A stretch of DNA of 64,000 nt. Origin: Raillietiella orientalis (lineage: Eukaryota). A program made the translations under genes and the position numbers. The stretch covers positions 806,001 to 870,000 of the forward strand of contig JAYWIR010000019.1 of the NCBI GenBank assembly GCA_036172245.1, in the 5' to 3' direction. This document shows positions 12,410-25,689 of this stretch, one piece after another. Numbering within the stretch: the stretch's first letter is position 1; each line of letters starts with the position of its first letter. The notes beneath the pieces are model-generated. The model searched no databases and was not told the DNA's origin. It worked only from the letters and a program-made list of their open reading frames with translations.

Positions 12410-12912
12410 ATTCACATCGGAACCTACAGATCTTGGCAATGATAACCTCATAATAGGCAAAACTCCTTCACCTGAGATCTCACGCCAACGCTCAATAGTT
12501 GGCCCAATTGAAAAGTAACAATTTATCCCCGAATCTAAGGGGATAGAGTTCGCTGATGAACTCATTAAGGTGATCTGGAGGAGAATGAAGAATTTTACCG
12601 GCACTTGCCCGCATCCGAAACCGGATGCAGAGGACTCCTCCCGGGGACCAGTGATCCCATCCCTTCCCTCCCCACCCCATAAAACTTTGTTCCTCCTGGC
12701 GTTTTTGTTTTTTGTTCTTTTTTTTCTGGTTTTCCCGCTCCCTCCGCCAGTAAAGAGGACCTCACAGACCTGCGGGTCGTTAAGGACAAGTGCAACAAGA
12801 CAGCCAGAACCATGTGTTCTGACTGAAAAAATGCCCCAAAGACTGGACTTAATTATAACATTCCCTGTAGTATTTTAAAAATAAAAGTCCCGGCTTATCC
12901 GGGTGAAGAACC
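12410..12912 (+). mobile_element. 3' end of L1/Tx1-type element
   Basis: Homologous to 55600-56072; ends AATAAAAGTCCCGGCTTATCCGGGTGAAGAA. Confidence 0.85.
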
Positions 12913-12949
12913 TCTGGGTTCTCCTAACTCATCCATTGTTCCCAATACT

Positions 12950-15900
12950 ACAGTGAACCCTTTTTTTGCCTTACGAAACCAGAATCGGTTAAATTTTATG
13001 TCCTCCAAAACCAGAGCCATAAAGAAAATCAAGATCGCTGGTGCATTCACTGAACAAAGGTGGCATCGGCAAAGAAAGTGAGTACGGAAGTACGGAAAGT
13101 GGAAAGGTCCACACTTCGACAGAATGGTCGTAGTACCCCTTCTATCTTTTGTCGCACCAAAGGCAAACCGTCTAACTCTACCTTGCCGTTTTGCAAATAT
13201 CATCCTGAAGGGGAATCAAGCGCTTCAATGCATACTAGACTAGAAAACTCTTTTTTAATTTCATTGTCTATCTCTGTCATCTGTACTAAAGATGTTGCAC
13301 TGACTTCAAGCCAACGGCTATTGGCTCGCTTCCCAGTGGTCCCTATTCTTCGATGTGTAATACCGAAATGTACATTCAAAACAAACACACTTGCTGATGG
13401 AAGGACACATGATTCTCTAAAGAGGCACCTCTCTTCAGTTCACCAGCCTCCCTTCCATAGACATTCCTTGATATGTTGGAATGCAATCCCAAGGCCTCTT
13501 TACCAGTTCAACATCATTGCTGTTGGAAGCACAACAAATATACGCCCCTCAAATCGCCCGCAACGTAAACCTTCCCCCATGTTTGTTCAATCCTGAATTG
13601 TTGCTCATCCTTTCTTACATCTATAGGTCTCAGAAACCACAGCAGATGGCATTTCGGAATGCAAAATAAGAATGCCTATCTTTTACCGCATATCCAACCG
13701 GTTACCACTGGGAATCGGTTCACCCCTCTTAACACAGCTGAACCGTCCTCACGAAAACTTACCCCCTACCCTACCCACGAACCAACAAACTTGCCTATAT
13801 TGGAGGAAAACAAAGGCAATCTTCATTGTTACCTTGGTAGAAACCATTTCCGAAATACTCCACAACCACTTCCAACTCACGCCTATTCAAATATACCGGA
13901 AGTTGGCATAGGTAAAGCAGTTCCTATACATACACCCCTGATCCAACCCTCTCAAACTACCATGTCTGGCACTGAGCTTTAAAGCTATTTTATAGGTCAG
14001 CTCTGGGCTCTTCTTCACACCCCAAAGATAAAGGAGATGGCACACAATGTTAAATGCACTGAGTGACATTACTGGAACTATACAACAGCAATTTAACATT
14101 CTTCCCTTTACTAAGAGTAGGAAACAAAGAATTGGACGTAAACTCACAGTAATCACGTTTTCTGAAAGCATTTAATCCCTGTACCGGCGCAATCGAGAAG
14201 AGCCATGCGGGTAATTCTCCAACCAAATCCCGTTCAGTACTCTAGACCAATCCATTTACTGAAGGATACTTTCAAAAAGAAGTTTTCGAATAAGTCAACT
14301 TCCCTGCAAACTCACACAGAATGAAGCCTAAAAAATCACCTGCTGAAGTGGATTTTTCCCCCATTACTACTCTGGAAACCTTCATGGTCTTAAAAAACTG
14401 CAGACACGTCGCCTGGGAATGACGGTATTCCCCACGCCACACTATTGAAGACTGACCGAGAATGTCTATGTTTATCAGCTCTATTCAGTATATGTCTGGC
14501 GTTACACAAAATCCCCAAAAGCTGGAAATCCTCATGAACAGTGTTAATCCCAAAGAATGCGGCGCCTAATACTTCTGATGTTACCCAATTCGGTCCCATT
14601 GCGATCTCGAACACGATTGAGTAAGTATTCTGTACAATTCTGGCTAAAAGACCGCGCTCATGAATCATGAACAATGGTATTCTTGGGCACCATCAAAAAG
14701 GATCTCTTCCTAATGATGGTGTCCTGAACAAAATTGCTCATTGAGGACAATATTGGAATGTTCCCGAGCCCATCATCACGAATTGGCCATTGCATGGGTT
14801 GACTTTAAAGATGCTATCACCTCTGTCCCCCCTGGGCTTATCTTTCATACATTGCATTCCTATCGTGCTGGTTCCAGTTTTAATGCTCTCCTATGCGATT
14901 TCGATAACAACTCCATCCTCCACTATATCCTGGAGGAAGTACGAACAATATTCCTATTAATGCCGGTGTGCCGCAAGGGAGTCCACTTAGTAAATTATTA
15001 TTAATGTTGAGCTCGAACTCTTCCTTCAGGTTATCCTTGATGATCATGCTGCGATCATGCCATTAGTTTACGCTGTTGACGTACCCCTTAAAGCTAATCT
15101 CTGTGACGATTTACAGCTCGCACTCACTTTCTTTGCCGATGCCACCTTTGAAGCTGGTCTAAGCATCAACCCTAGCAAATGTGGGACGTACTGCTACAAA
15201 GTCCCCCCTCCACGAGTCCTTCCCTTTACATTCCAGTTCTTGGCCTTGCTGCATTTTCCTATCATGAGTCCTACACGTATTCAGGTAAACTAGTTGGATT
15301 TGACCCTATGGTATATAAGGAACATGTTGACGTCTTTGCCCAACGTTTTCAAAACATTGCCCATTCCTCATTAGCCCCCTTGCAGAATCTTGATGCCATT
15401 AAGACTTTTTTTTTTGGCCTCCCTTATCCACGATTTGAGATTAGGGACTAAACCCTTGTCCTCCTGTGAGAAGCTCGAAAAACTCATCAAAAAAACACTG
15501 GAAGAGAGCAGCCCTCCCCTCACCCCCCTGAGTCCTCTAATGAGTACCTTAATAGTCACACAAGAGATAGTTGCCTAGGCATCATGCTACTTGTTGAAGA
15601 AGCACGTACTGTGGTAACGGACTCTGCGTATAAGGTTTTGACGTGCCTTGAACCCAAGTGGCTGAAATTGCGAACACTACTCTTGCCGAAGCCACATCCA
15701 GAAAATCCCGTTCCCATCCTTATCCCTCCCTCATGGCCCGATTCCTTAATGGCTGCAGCCTCCCTTCCCTAGATAACCCAAATGGTGATACCTTCACGAT
15801 ATGGTCGTCAGTAAGACTAGCCAGAAAACATTTACTCATTACTAGGAATTTACAAGATGGTGCCATTCAACGATGTTTCTATGAACGAGATTCTGGATTT

Positions 15901-16070
15901 TCTAAGACCTTGTACCCTTCCAATAGGCGTCAGGTGACACCTCAAATCCATGCCTCCTTCAGAGAATTTAAACGTGCATCCCTACCTGCGTAAACTGACC
16001 AAGGCAGAATAATCGAATGTGATGGTCTGCATCCCGCGTCTATGTTTTTCCTCAGTATCTCCAAATCTTT
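12950..16070 (+). mobile_element. Degraded Utopia/NeSL-type (R2 group) retrotransposon: zinc fingers + RT
   Basis: CVIPKC...SLKRHLSSVH...LICWN; TSPGNDGI; PIAISNT; AWVDFKDA; SINPSKC; LAPLQNLDAIKTFF; DQGRIIEC; truncated before the endonuclease. Confidence 0.85.
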
Positions 16071-16074
16071 CAGG

Positions 16075-19000
16075 TTAAGGTATGAACCGAGTTTAGAGTT
16101 CGGCGATCTGCTCCTGCTCCATTTCTGTTTCCGTTATTGCATCGTCGGGAGGATGTCCCAGTCCATACGTCCAGTAGACTTCAAGACTGTACTGGATGCA
16201 CGCAGCAACCATGATCTTCATTTTCTTTGCATATGTCCTCGGAATATTTAGCTTTCTGAGGACTGCATATTTCTTGGATCCCACGATTCAAGTGAGGCAA
16301 CAATAATGGCTCTCATATCGGCTTGAGAGCCATGTCTTCTAAAGTGTACCACGATGTCTTGGTACTTCCTTTCTATATCTAAACTCGCATTAATGAAGGC
16401 TTTCTCCTTATTCTCGAATAGACACGAAACTTTGAGACAAGGATCCGGTTGGCTTTCCGTAATACGAAGTCAGGCTTCAAGCTGCAGTCCATTACGGGGA
16501 TGATTTGATTCGCTGACGTCAGCTTCCAGTCACCAATATCTTCGGTATCCGCAAGAAGTCTATCAACGATGGAGTTATGTCGAGAATTGTACAGATGAGA
16601 GTGGATCAAGCAGTGATTAAGAATGTGAGGCAGCGTCTCGTCCCAGCGCACACATCTTCGACGTGACCTGACTTCTGAGGTCTCCTTCCAGCACCTCTGA
16701 TTGATAGGAGAATTAATCTGGCAGCATGAATAAAGCGATAATCAGCAAATTGAAGAAAATCACAAGAACCTACAGATCTTGTCTACAGATATAAATATAC
16801 GAAAAACATAAAACATTCATCATAGATAGCCTACGACTTACCAAAACAGCTTCCATAGAAGACCCAATGAAAGGAAAAACATTACAAAAATGGCAACACA
16901 ACTCATAAATACCAAAAGCAACGAACGAGATATACACTGGTATGCCGATTACCAAGGAAACAGCGGAAAGACGACTATAGCCAAACACATATACCTACAA
17001 TACGACGCTCATAAGTCAGGAATTAAGCCGAGGCACGATACAGACCAACCCAGCGCATGGCATCCCTTGATCGGGATGCTTCTCTATCAATTCTGGCCAT
17101 GCTTGCTGCCGCTGCGCATTTCGTACTGAGGCAGAAATTTCCTCCTCGATGACGCATGCAACGCAAGGTCCCTTACTTGGATTCTCGCTTCTCTATTTTG
17201 GAAGGTCGACACAGCAGACATTCGAGCCGAAGCCTGCCTGCCAGTGGACCAAATACTCATAATGCCTTCACTGGTATGGAAAAAAACACCGGAAGTGTCT
17301 CCCAGCAGAAATCCACCAAGCTTATCCTCCGGAGGCGCGGTAAAGCTGTTTTTTCTGAACCACCTCTTTGAGTGATTTCTTGGCTAGGTCTTCAACGGCG
17401 ATGTCCTGCAACGTTAGGAGCTTAAGGCAACTGTCCAGTATGAAGGTTTCAGCTTCATCTGTCGGTCGCATCAAGCTGGGGTATCCATTTCTACGTTCTC
17501 CATATAAATACTGATAAGCTGCTCTAGATGGAAGCTGTAGCAGCTTTTTGATCTTTTTCCTGAGTTCAGCATCCATGGCCTTCCACTCGCTCTTCTGATG
17601 CAACCCTCGCCTTTGGAAATACACTAGGCTAGGGAAGAAAAAGGTTTTTAGAGCATCAATCTTCTGCTAAGGAGAGAGGCCTGATTCCATGATAGTCAAT
17701 TCCTTATCTATCATTCCCTCCCTGGTAGGCGTGGACGTGAACACCTCAATCCCAAAAGGCTTACTCAAATACTTGTACACATCCGAGAGCGATAGGTTGG
17801 GAATCAAGCCACCAACGACTTGCAACTTCAAGCTCCTAATACCCTTCGGTGTTCTTCCAGAATAACATCAGGCATTTCAGCAGGTTTATTCAGAGACCTG
17901 ACCTTTCAATGGGAGACTCTAAATGCTGTAATTTCTTCGGATGTCCTCTTCCGAAATCCCAATGAAGACTAGGTCATCAGTATATGCAAGGAGCGAATCT
18001 TCACCATATGACTCCCTGATAACACGAAGAAGAGGCTCCCACGTCAAGTTAAACAGATGAGAGCTAAACAGGCAACCCTGCTTTACCCCCCTGTTCGACA
18101 TGAAGGGTCCTGTGACTGCAGATTGTAATCGAAGATAGGTAGAACTTCCCGTGTATATATCTTTAACAATTTCCATGAACATTCTCCCTGCTCCGACTGC
18201 CTCCAGAATGCTCAAAAGCATCAGGTGGCTGATGGATCCAAAAGCATCCGCCAAATCTACAAGGACTATCGCTAGATTGGCAGCTCGTCTCTCATGATCG
18301 AGGCGAATCTGAATAACGAAGTTGTTTTTAAGAACTTTATCAAAAGAAAGAAATCCTTTTTGTAGAAGACATATAATCTTGTATTCTAGAATCCGGTCCC
18401 TCAACCTTGCAGAAAGACATTCCGCATATAAGCGATAACAGGAGTTTCCAATTAAGATTGGACGCCAATCTGCAACATTATGAGAAGATGGAGAACGTTT
18501 CGGTAACATCGTTCTTGAACCTTTCCACACTGTTGGAATCTTCCTGCGTTTTAAGAAAATGTTAAATAGCGCAGCCAATAGCTCCGCTTCTGGATCCATC
18601 ATCCTCTAGCCAGAGTAGGTGATGCCATCCATCCCAGAAGAATTTTTGGCCTTCCGCAGCCACAAAGCCATCTCTTCTCGCGTAAATGGAGTCATCTCAA
18701 TTGGGGATGGGAATACGTTCCTCCCAAGTGAAATCATAGCTGGAAGCTCTAGATCAAACTCTACAGAGCTTTCTATTCTTCCAATGTGCTTCTCGATCTC
18801 ATCGGCTTCAATCGGGAAGCGGTTCTCTGTTTGTCCGATAATGATCCTGAATGCTCTTCTATTCAGGCGATACAGCCTTTGGATCTCGGACTTGTCCTAG
18901 GAATCGATCTTCTTGTCTGAGCTTTATGTGGACGTACTAAAGTACTAAAGCACTTTTCTAATGTTTTCCACCAGCTCCTCGTAGGATCTTTCCAGGACAT

Positions 19001-20800
19001 CCCATTCCACTCCCTCGGCTTCCAATAGGTCATTAAATGACTTCTTGTCGTCAAGGAAGTGGTCAGAGGAATCTGCGCGTAGCATCTTTTTTTTTCTTTT
19101 GCGAATCTTAGTAGACTCTGTTTTTTGGACATGAACAACCTTAGAAGCAGCAAAATCTTATTCAGATTGTCATTATTATCTGGTTCGCCAGCTCCAAAAA
19201 CGGAGGGTGCAGCCTCAAAGTCAATTTGAGGCTCGGGTAAGGGAAGATCCCACCACACTCTATAATCCAGGGGCAGAGTTTGACTCGTATCCTCTTCAAT
19301 ACAGCCAACTTCTACATCTTCCTTAATTAATTCCACAATGATATGTCTCAGATCTCTAAAGAATTCATCGCCTTCAGATAATGCAGGCAATTCATGATGC
19401 TTTTGCGCTTCAGCTGCTACCATCTGGGGTCGCTGAATTTCATTTTCTTGTCCTTCTTCTTGCCCTTCTTCAACATTCAGATTACTGAGTCCTTCAGAAA
19501 TTTCTTGTTCCTCTTCAGGAGTGTCCACTGCAGGGGCAGGCAAAGCCCTGCTCTCTGCCCGATCATGCCAGATCTGATGGTTCAGCAATCCTCTTCGCGA
19601 AGGGAATGCCATACCACAGTCCAGCTTGTTGTACCTGATTGGTACTTCCACGACTGATGGGGACGGAGGACCAATCCCCCTTCATCTGGTTGAGCAATTT
19701 GCTCAGGGCAAACATGGTCGGAGGGTCTTCTGCTAACTATAACGTTAGAGCAAACTCGACATTCGTAGACAACTTGTGCCACGTCCACTTTGTGGATATT
19801 CCTGATATATCTCTTAATAGAGTTCACTTGATGGTGCACCGTGGCTGTCCTTGTAACAAATGGGCAATCATCCACACCACAGGAGAGCGATATGGCAAAA
19901 GGGAAAAGAATAGTGACGACGCAACGCTGCGGATCTAACCTCTCTACCCTCTGCATGATTCAATAAACCACGCGCTGTGGTTAGAACGCGCCAACAGCCA
20001 CACCGCACCGTCGAACATGTCTGCTTCCGGAGTGCATACTGTTCAAGGATTTCGCTTTACAGGAAAACCACAAAGACCAAAAATTTGCAATTCAAGGCAA
20101 ACAGCTTCTAACAAACAAAACACAAAGAAGCCAAATTCAAAAAATGTACGCAAAACACACAAAAAAAAAAAAAAAAATAGAAAGAATCCCGGATTTTAAA
20201 ATGAAACCATCACGCCAATTCGTGAAACAACCCAAGATAAACATACAGAATAGCAAACAAACATACATAGCAAAAACACAAAAAACAAAAAAGGACAATT
20301 CCAGAATAACACATAAAAGCAAATCTCAAGAAAGGGACTCGGTTTGGTTCCAGAAGAACTGAGATCCTGCTTTATTTCGAAGCAGACCACCATAGAAGAG
20401 GTCCAGACGCCGCTTCCGCCCAGACGTGGCCTTCGAGGAATGTCCAGACAGTCGGGACAGCCCAGTCCAGTCCCAGTTCTTCAGGGGCAAGGTCTTCACC
20501 GACGAGTTAATCCACGTTCCACATGGATCCAGATACGTGTCAACCAAATAAAAGATAAAAGCAGGCAAATAAAGAATAGAAATTTCTTTAAAACAAACAA
20601 CCGATATAAAACAACGACAAACACAGCACACACAAAAAAAAAGGGAAGACACAGGGCAAACACTGGGAGCAAAAAAAACACACACACAGTAAACACAATA
20701 ACACAATGACAATAGTGATCATATTTCACGAGGACGGGAAGAGGGAACACAGCACACGGAAACACATGGCAACAGTGCAAAAACACCTCACAAAAACACT
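16075..20800 (-). mobile_element. Near full-length degraded Utopia/NeSL-type retrotransposon (zinc fingers, RT, CCHC, restriction-like endonuclease)
   Basis: ORF 17919-18602 WRPI, DLADAFGS, GVKQGC, AYTDD; ORF 16379-16651 ETLPHILNHC...RHN...KPD; N-terminal CGVDDC...H...CRVC at 19582-19956. Confidence 0.92.
16771..17010 (+). other. rep: Endogenous CRESS-DNA-virus Rep (SF3 helicase Walker A region) fragment
   Basis: LQKWQ [frameshift] QLINTKSNERDIHWYADYQGNSGKTTIAKHIY; A-rich insert interrupting the Utopia ORF between ...FLT and G(S)CDFLQFADYRFIH. Confidence 0.8.
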
Positions 20801-20815
20801 TGAAAATTCACTTTC

Positions 20816-20835
20816 ATTAAGCTGATAAGAACAGA
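20816..20835 (-). ncRNA. U2: U2 snRNA fragment (sequence just 3' of the Utopia insertion site), not a complete gene
   Basis: Minus strand TCTGTTCTTATCAGCTTAAT directly after the element's A-rich 3' end (ATAAATAAAAA). Confidence 0.85.
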
Positions 20836-23800
20836 TTTTTATTTATGAAAAAGTTACAAATCTGTGTATGCATGAGCAGCTGTGGCTCTGCCCGATCTAC
20901 TAATCTTTTCTTCTATGCAAATGGACCATTTTGGTGTTGAGCTGATTGTTTACGGTGCTTCCACATCCAGAAACTCCAGCGGGTTGCAAGCATCGTCGGG
21001 TACATGTCCTGGAGGTGTGTCCAGTAGACATCCCTGCTGTATCTGATCACTGATGGGACGATCAGCTCTCTCATCTTGGCTGCGTATTTTCTGGGGACGC
21101 CTAAGCGTTTGGGAACTCCATCGTTCTTAGGATCCCATGATCCTAACTCTCTAACGATGATGGCTTGAACATCAACCTTCATTCCTCCACGCGATAGTGA
21201 AGTGGCGATCTGCTGGTAGTTCTCCTCCTTCTCCAGTCTGGTAGTAAAGAATGCCTCCTCCCCATATTTAAAAAGGCATGCAACATCCAAAACCATTATC
21301 CTTTGATCCTTTTGGAGGACGGTTTCAGGACGAAGTATCGAGTTCGCATCTGGAACTTGTTGATTCGCAGATATCAATCTCCATCCCGCTGTTGTGATGG
21401 AGACCTTTTTCAGTCTCTCCACTACTACGTTATGCCGGAGTTGGTACACGGAGGAGTGCCTCATACAATGATTGAGTATATGAGGCAAAGTCCCGTCCGA
21501 TGTTCCGCATCGACGGCATAGCAGATGCTGCTCCAATCTTCTCGGTATTCCTCGGATCGGCACGAAGGTCAGTCGTGCTGAGTGGATGAAACGAAAATCT
21601 GCGAATCGCAAGTATTCGCCGCTGCTGTCAAAGTGGCTGGAGACAGGATGGAGTCCAGCGCACCGCATGGCTTCCTCCTGATCGGTGTGCTTATTTATCA
21701 GAGAAAGCCATGCAGATTCCCGCTGGAGACTACGGATTGTCGAAGCCACCTTTTTCCTTTGAGTTACTTCAATAGTCACATAGGAAAGGGAGATCATAGG
21801 TCACGGTCAGCCCTTTCCACGTTGCGGACAACCTCCGAGAGGCCTGTCTTCCTACCGCCCAAAGACTTTTGATATCACCTCCTTTACACGGAATTGTGCC
21901 ACCTCGTTCTGACGACGTTGACTTTCCTGGATCGTCATCTGTTGAAGGTGAAAGGGTCTTTTTCAAGACTACTTCCTGTAGAGAGGACATGGTCAGTTTG
22001 TTTAACAGAGGCATCGGGACAAGTAAGGAGCTTGAAGCACAAATCCAAAAGGAAAGTGTCTGCTTCATCATTCCCAGGCAGTCCTTCTTCACATCACCGT
22101 AAATATATTCGTTGGCCGCTCTGGAGGAGATAAAGCACCGCTTTTATCACGCATCTAATTTCTTTGTCGAGGAACGACCAGTCGCCTGTGCGTTCCCAAT
22201 CTTTCAAAATGTATGGGAAGTTAAATGCCTTCAAGGCATCCAACTTTTGTCAAGGTGCTAGGCCACTACACTACAGGCCAGGCCAGCATAAAACTTTTTG
22301 TTCACGAAACGGGTGTTACATTGTAGTGCTTTACGTTGATTGAGGGAAAGGGAAGGAGGAGTGGGCTTTTGCGGGCGGCTTATGGCTTCCACCACGTTTC
22401 GCAGCAGAGGCTCGCCCTCATTGCCCTCAATTAGAGCAGAAAGGGCAGAGTAGCGGTTTCGAGTGGCAAGGGAGGTTGCAGATTACGTCTTGGCCACTTG
22501 CAGGGATCCAGCCACACCGCTCCGCGTGGCACGAAGCCCATTCTCCCGAGAACGACCTTTGACTGTCGTCCATCCTTCAGGGGAATCACGATCCCTGGGG
22601 GATGGGGAGGGCTGCAGCGAATTAGCAGTATTAACGGGTCGCGCTTTCCGGGACATCAGGGACTGCCAGCGGGAGTGATTTCTCAAGCCCGTTGCATTGG
22701 GGAAGCTCATGCTGCAGTGCTCGCGAGGGCATTCTAGCCACGCGGATCCCTGGTCTGCGTGCTCTAATTCGTTTACACTTAAGCAGGTGAGTCGGGAGGG
22801 GTATAGCCAGGGAGCAGTTTCGGCAAATGAGGCTGTGACGTACGATTCGCACTTTGTGTCTTCTGAGTAAGTGCCTCTTCAGGGATTGTAACCATCTCCT
22901 TGCGTATGCCGTCATCTTTTCCCAATGACATCCTTTCACAATGCAGCGCATCATCTTGGGCATCGGGAGTTGGATCAAGAGTTCGTCGTCGTTTACCATT
23001 TTGATGTCACTCCGCTGATGGACTTTGACCTGGAAAGTACGGCTTACCGCCACGTTATTGGACGCAGGCGGCGAGTGCGAGGGGGAGGGGTTCGAACTGC
23101 CGGAGGAAGGGAGGAGGAAGGATTCCCAGACGCTCGGCTTTTTCTTCCCTTTCATGCTGCCTAGGGCTTCCCGGAATCGCATAGTTGCGGGTTTCATCGC
23201 AATTAATTGAGGGACGCAGGGTAGAAGGAGGCGGACTTCCTCTTCTCTCTATCTCACGAATGCAAGATTCGGAGACGGGGGGCGCCTCAGGGGGGCAGTA
23301 AGTTCCTAGGGAACAAGCCGGCGACTTGTTCCACATAGGTTTCGCTTCGCTCCGCTCATGACGTTCGCACGAGCGGGGGCGGAGTCCCGAGACGCTAGTA
23401 CCTGGGGAAGGGGGGTATGTACTACCACGAGTCCAGATCGGGTGGATCCGGCTCGACAGCTCGCAGCGTTTGTGCGGCGGTCTCATTGGAGGGGTTTCAG
23501 TATGCCCTCCGGGACAGACTGCAATGCGTCCCCGTATGAGGCATGGAGCTCGACTGCCCGGGACAGTTCCACCATGTCAGTTTGAGAGGGGGAAGCGATC
23601 GTAAGCACAGAGGCATCAGATGCACTTGGGGATGAATGAAGTTTGTTGGGAGGATTCGTGATCAGGACCGCTTAGTTCAACTGCAGGGACACCTGGTATA
23701 GGGGCATGAATGGGGAAAGCACTGTCGCCTCCCGCATGTGTGCTACGCTCGTGCACCTCGGGGTAGCTACCGTCCAAGTTGTCGTCCGTAAAGTCCAGAG

Positions 23801-25545
23801 AAAAATTGTTTTTTCTTTTCTCTATGGATGTTCCGGATAATCTACGTGCCTTCCTTGGTCATGAACCCATCGGGGCAACGTCTGCACTTGAATTTAAAGG
23901 AGAGAAGCCTTCGAGGCAGGGGCCGGGCAGGGATTCCGCAACTGTGCTTCATCACTGCGGTGTCGAGGACAGGAGACATGCACTTGTCGCAGAATAGCTG
24001 GACACTTGTGGCGAAAATGCCGTGTGTTCTCGTGACGTGCCTCTTGATGCTCCTGCGTCGCTTCTGTTCGGAAGCCCCGACGGAGCAGCCAAGGCATTCT
24101 GGGATGGGGCAGGGCAACGGAAGGGGCGTGACTGCATTGATCCACAGACCGTGATCTGCGTCAACGCCAGGGGCATAGAGTTACTCATGGTCGGCACAGT
24201 GTTATCAGTAAAGTATTAGCAGCGCGGGCATTTAGGTACCCGCTGAGCAGTGGACGCGACGGGAAGTTTTGCACGTAAAAATTCCTATTTGGCAGATGTC
24301 CGTTCACGAGATCGCGAATCCAGACGTGCGGCTTGTAAACCTATTTAACGGTCAGCGATAAATTACACAAATGATGTTGTGGGTGCAGTGCCGCGGCGAG
24401 TTCCGAGGAGAACAGGTGGCGCACACTCAGCACCACCCAGCGCGGGAGGCGAGTTTCCCCCCATGCAGTGACTTTTGGCGGGGTCTTGCACAGGAAACCC
24501 AAGCACACGGGGGTATCCGCTAGGGATAGCTCGAGGGCACGTAGGCGGTTTGTAAACGCAGATGATCTTCGACGCCGAACCTCAAAGGTCGTTGTGCGCA
24601 CGGAACGCCGCAGCATCTATGGCGAAGGACCGACCGCGCATACTTGTTGGCGCGTATACTCCTACATGGAGCGAGCTTCTGGCCGCGTAGTGGATTCTTC
24701 AACGCGCTTTGCAAGAGAACTGCGTATCTCCAGGGTCTCGGACCACGCACTTGTACACCATGGCAGACGGTTTGCAGCCGCAATGAGCCGTCGAAACAAA
24801 ATTGGGGAAATCACTGCACATGCGAGACGCTGCCGCGTGACCTGCGAGGGTCAGCGCGCGTGTCTGGAACGACGGACCGCGGGAGCGCCGAGTAGTTATC
24901 TATGCGAACGGCTTTGCTCTGATCGTTCATTCCGCAGACAAAAAACTGCTGCCATGTTTCAGAATTCGGCTATGCGTTGATAAAAACGAATTAACGGTCG
25001 AATGCAAAAGAACAAAAAGCTACACCCGTTGGAAATTCCGCAGAGTGGAGTGCGTAATTCGGACGACTTGCGGAAATGTTGGAGTCAACTCGCTTTTCAG
25101 TCTAAGGATCAAGACACCCAAGACCACAAGGATTTACCCAAGGATTCCACTCAGACCAGAGATATGACACAGATCGCTGGGACGAGTCCAAACGCAGATA
25201 ACGCTCAATACGAAACTCAAACTTTCGAGCAAAATACGGATTGCCGCACATCTAAGCTTTGAGACACTCGCGATCGCCTAAGGCGAAAAGCACAGATGAC
25301 GGACTACGCTGTATAACCGATAGGCCACAGTACCACTGAACCCAAGAGGTCATCAACCGAGATGGACTTTAGCAAGGCAGGTCAACGTCTTGGTGGTCGA
25401 GCCAGAGGGGAGGGCGGGAAGAGTCCAGAGGTCCAAGACACCGACGAAGACGTATCACTACATCCCACCAGACGATCTTAGAAGTACCAAGTACTGTTGA
25501 TAACGAAGGGAAGCTTTCGACACGACGAACAGAGTAACGCTCACG
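20836..25545 (-). mobile_element. Utopia retrotransposon with internal deletion of the RT core
   Basis: ORF 20913-21797 FADFRFIHSARL, CRRC...LPHILNHC, RHN, RPE..D, GSWDPKND; zinc-finger modules at 22750-22990 and 23842-24117; flanked by U2 5' and 3' fragments; RT motifs missing near 22270. Confidence 0.88.
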
Positions 25546-25580
25546 ACACTTTGATCTTCGCCAAAAGGCCGAGAAGCGAT
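25546..25580 (-). ncRNA. U2: U2 snRNA 5' fragment (nt 1-35)
   Basis: Minus strand ATCGCTTCTCGGCCTTTTGGCGAAGATCAAAGTGT, starting exactly at U2 +1. Confidence 0.93.
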
Positions 25581-25689
25581 AGTCCGTTACATGGGCCTCC
25601 CACTATGTGGCGGGCTAAGGTTGGCTGACTGCGCTTTCTTCATGGGACCCGCTTAAATCAACTAGCATTACATAGCAATAGAAAACTCC

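Noticed and set aside
20100..20800. A/C-rich low-complexity tract with K/N/T- and C/V/F-rich ORFs
   Set aside because: Compositional artefact, probably the T/G-rich 5' UTR of the minus-strand Utopia element
25578..25646. HDV-like ribozyme resemblance (TAGTCC/GGGCTA, CATGG/TCATG, GCC-TCCCAC...-GGC) next to the U2 leader
   Set aside because: Loop too long, no C-N-A-A catalytic junction, and antisense to the element
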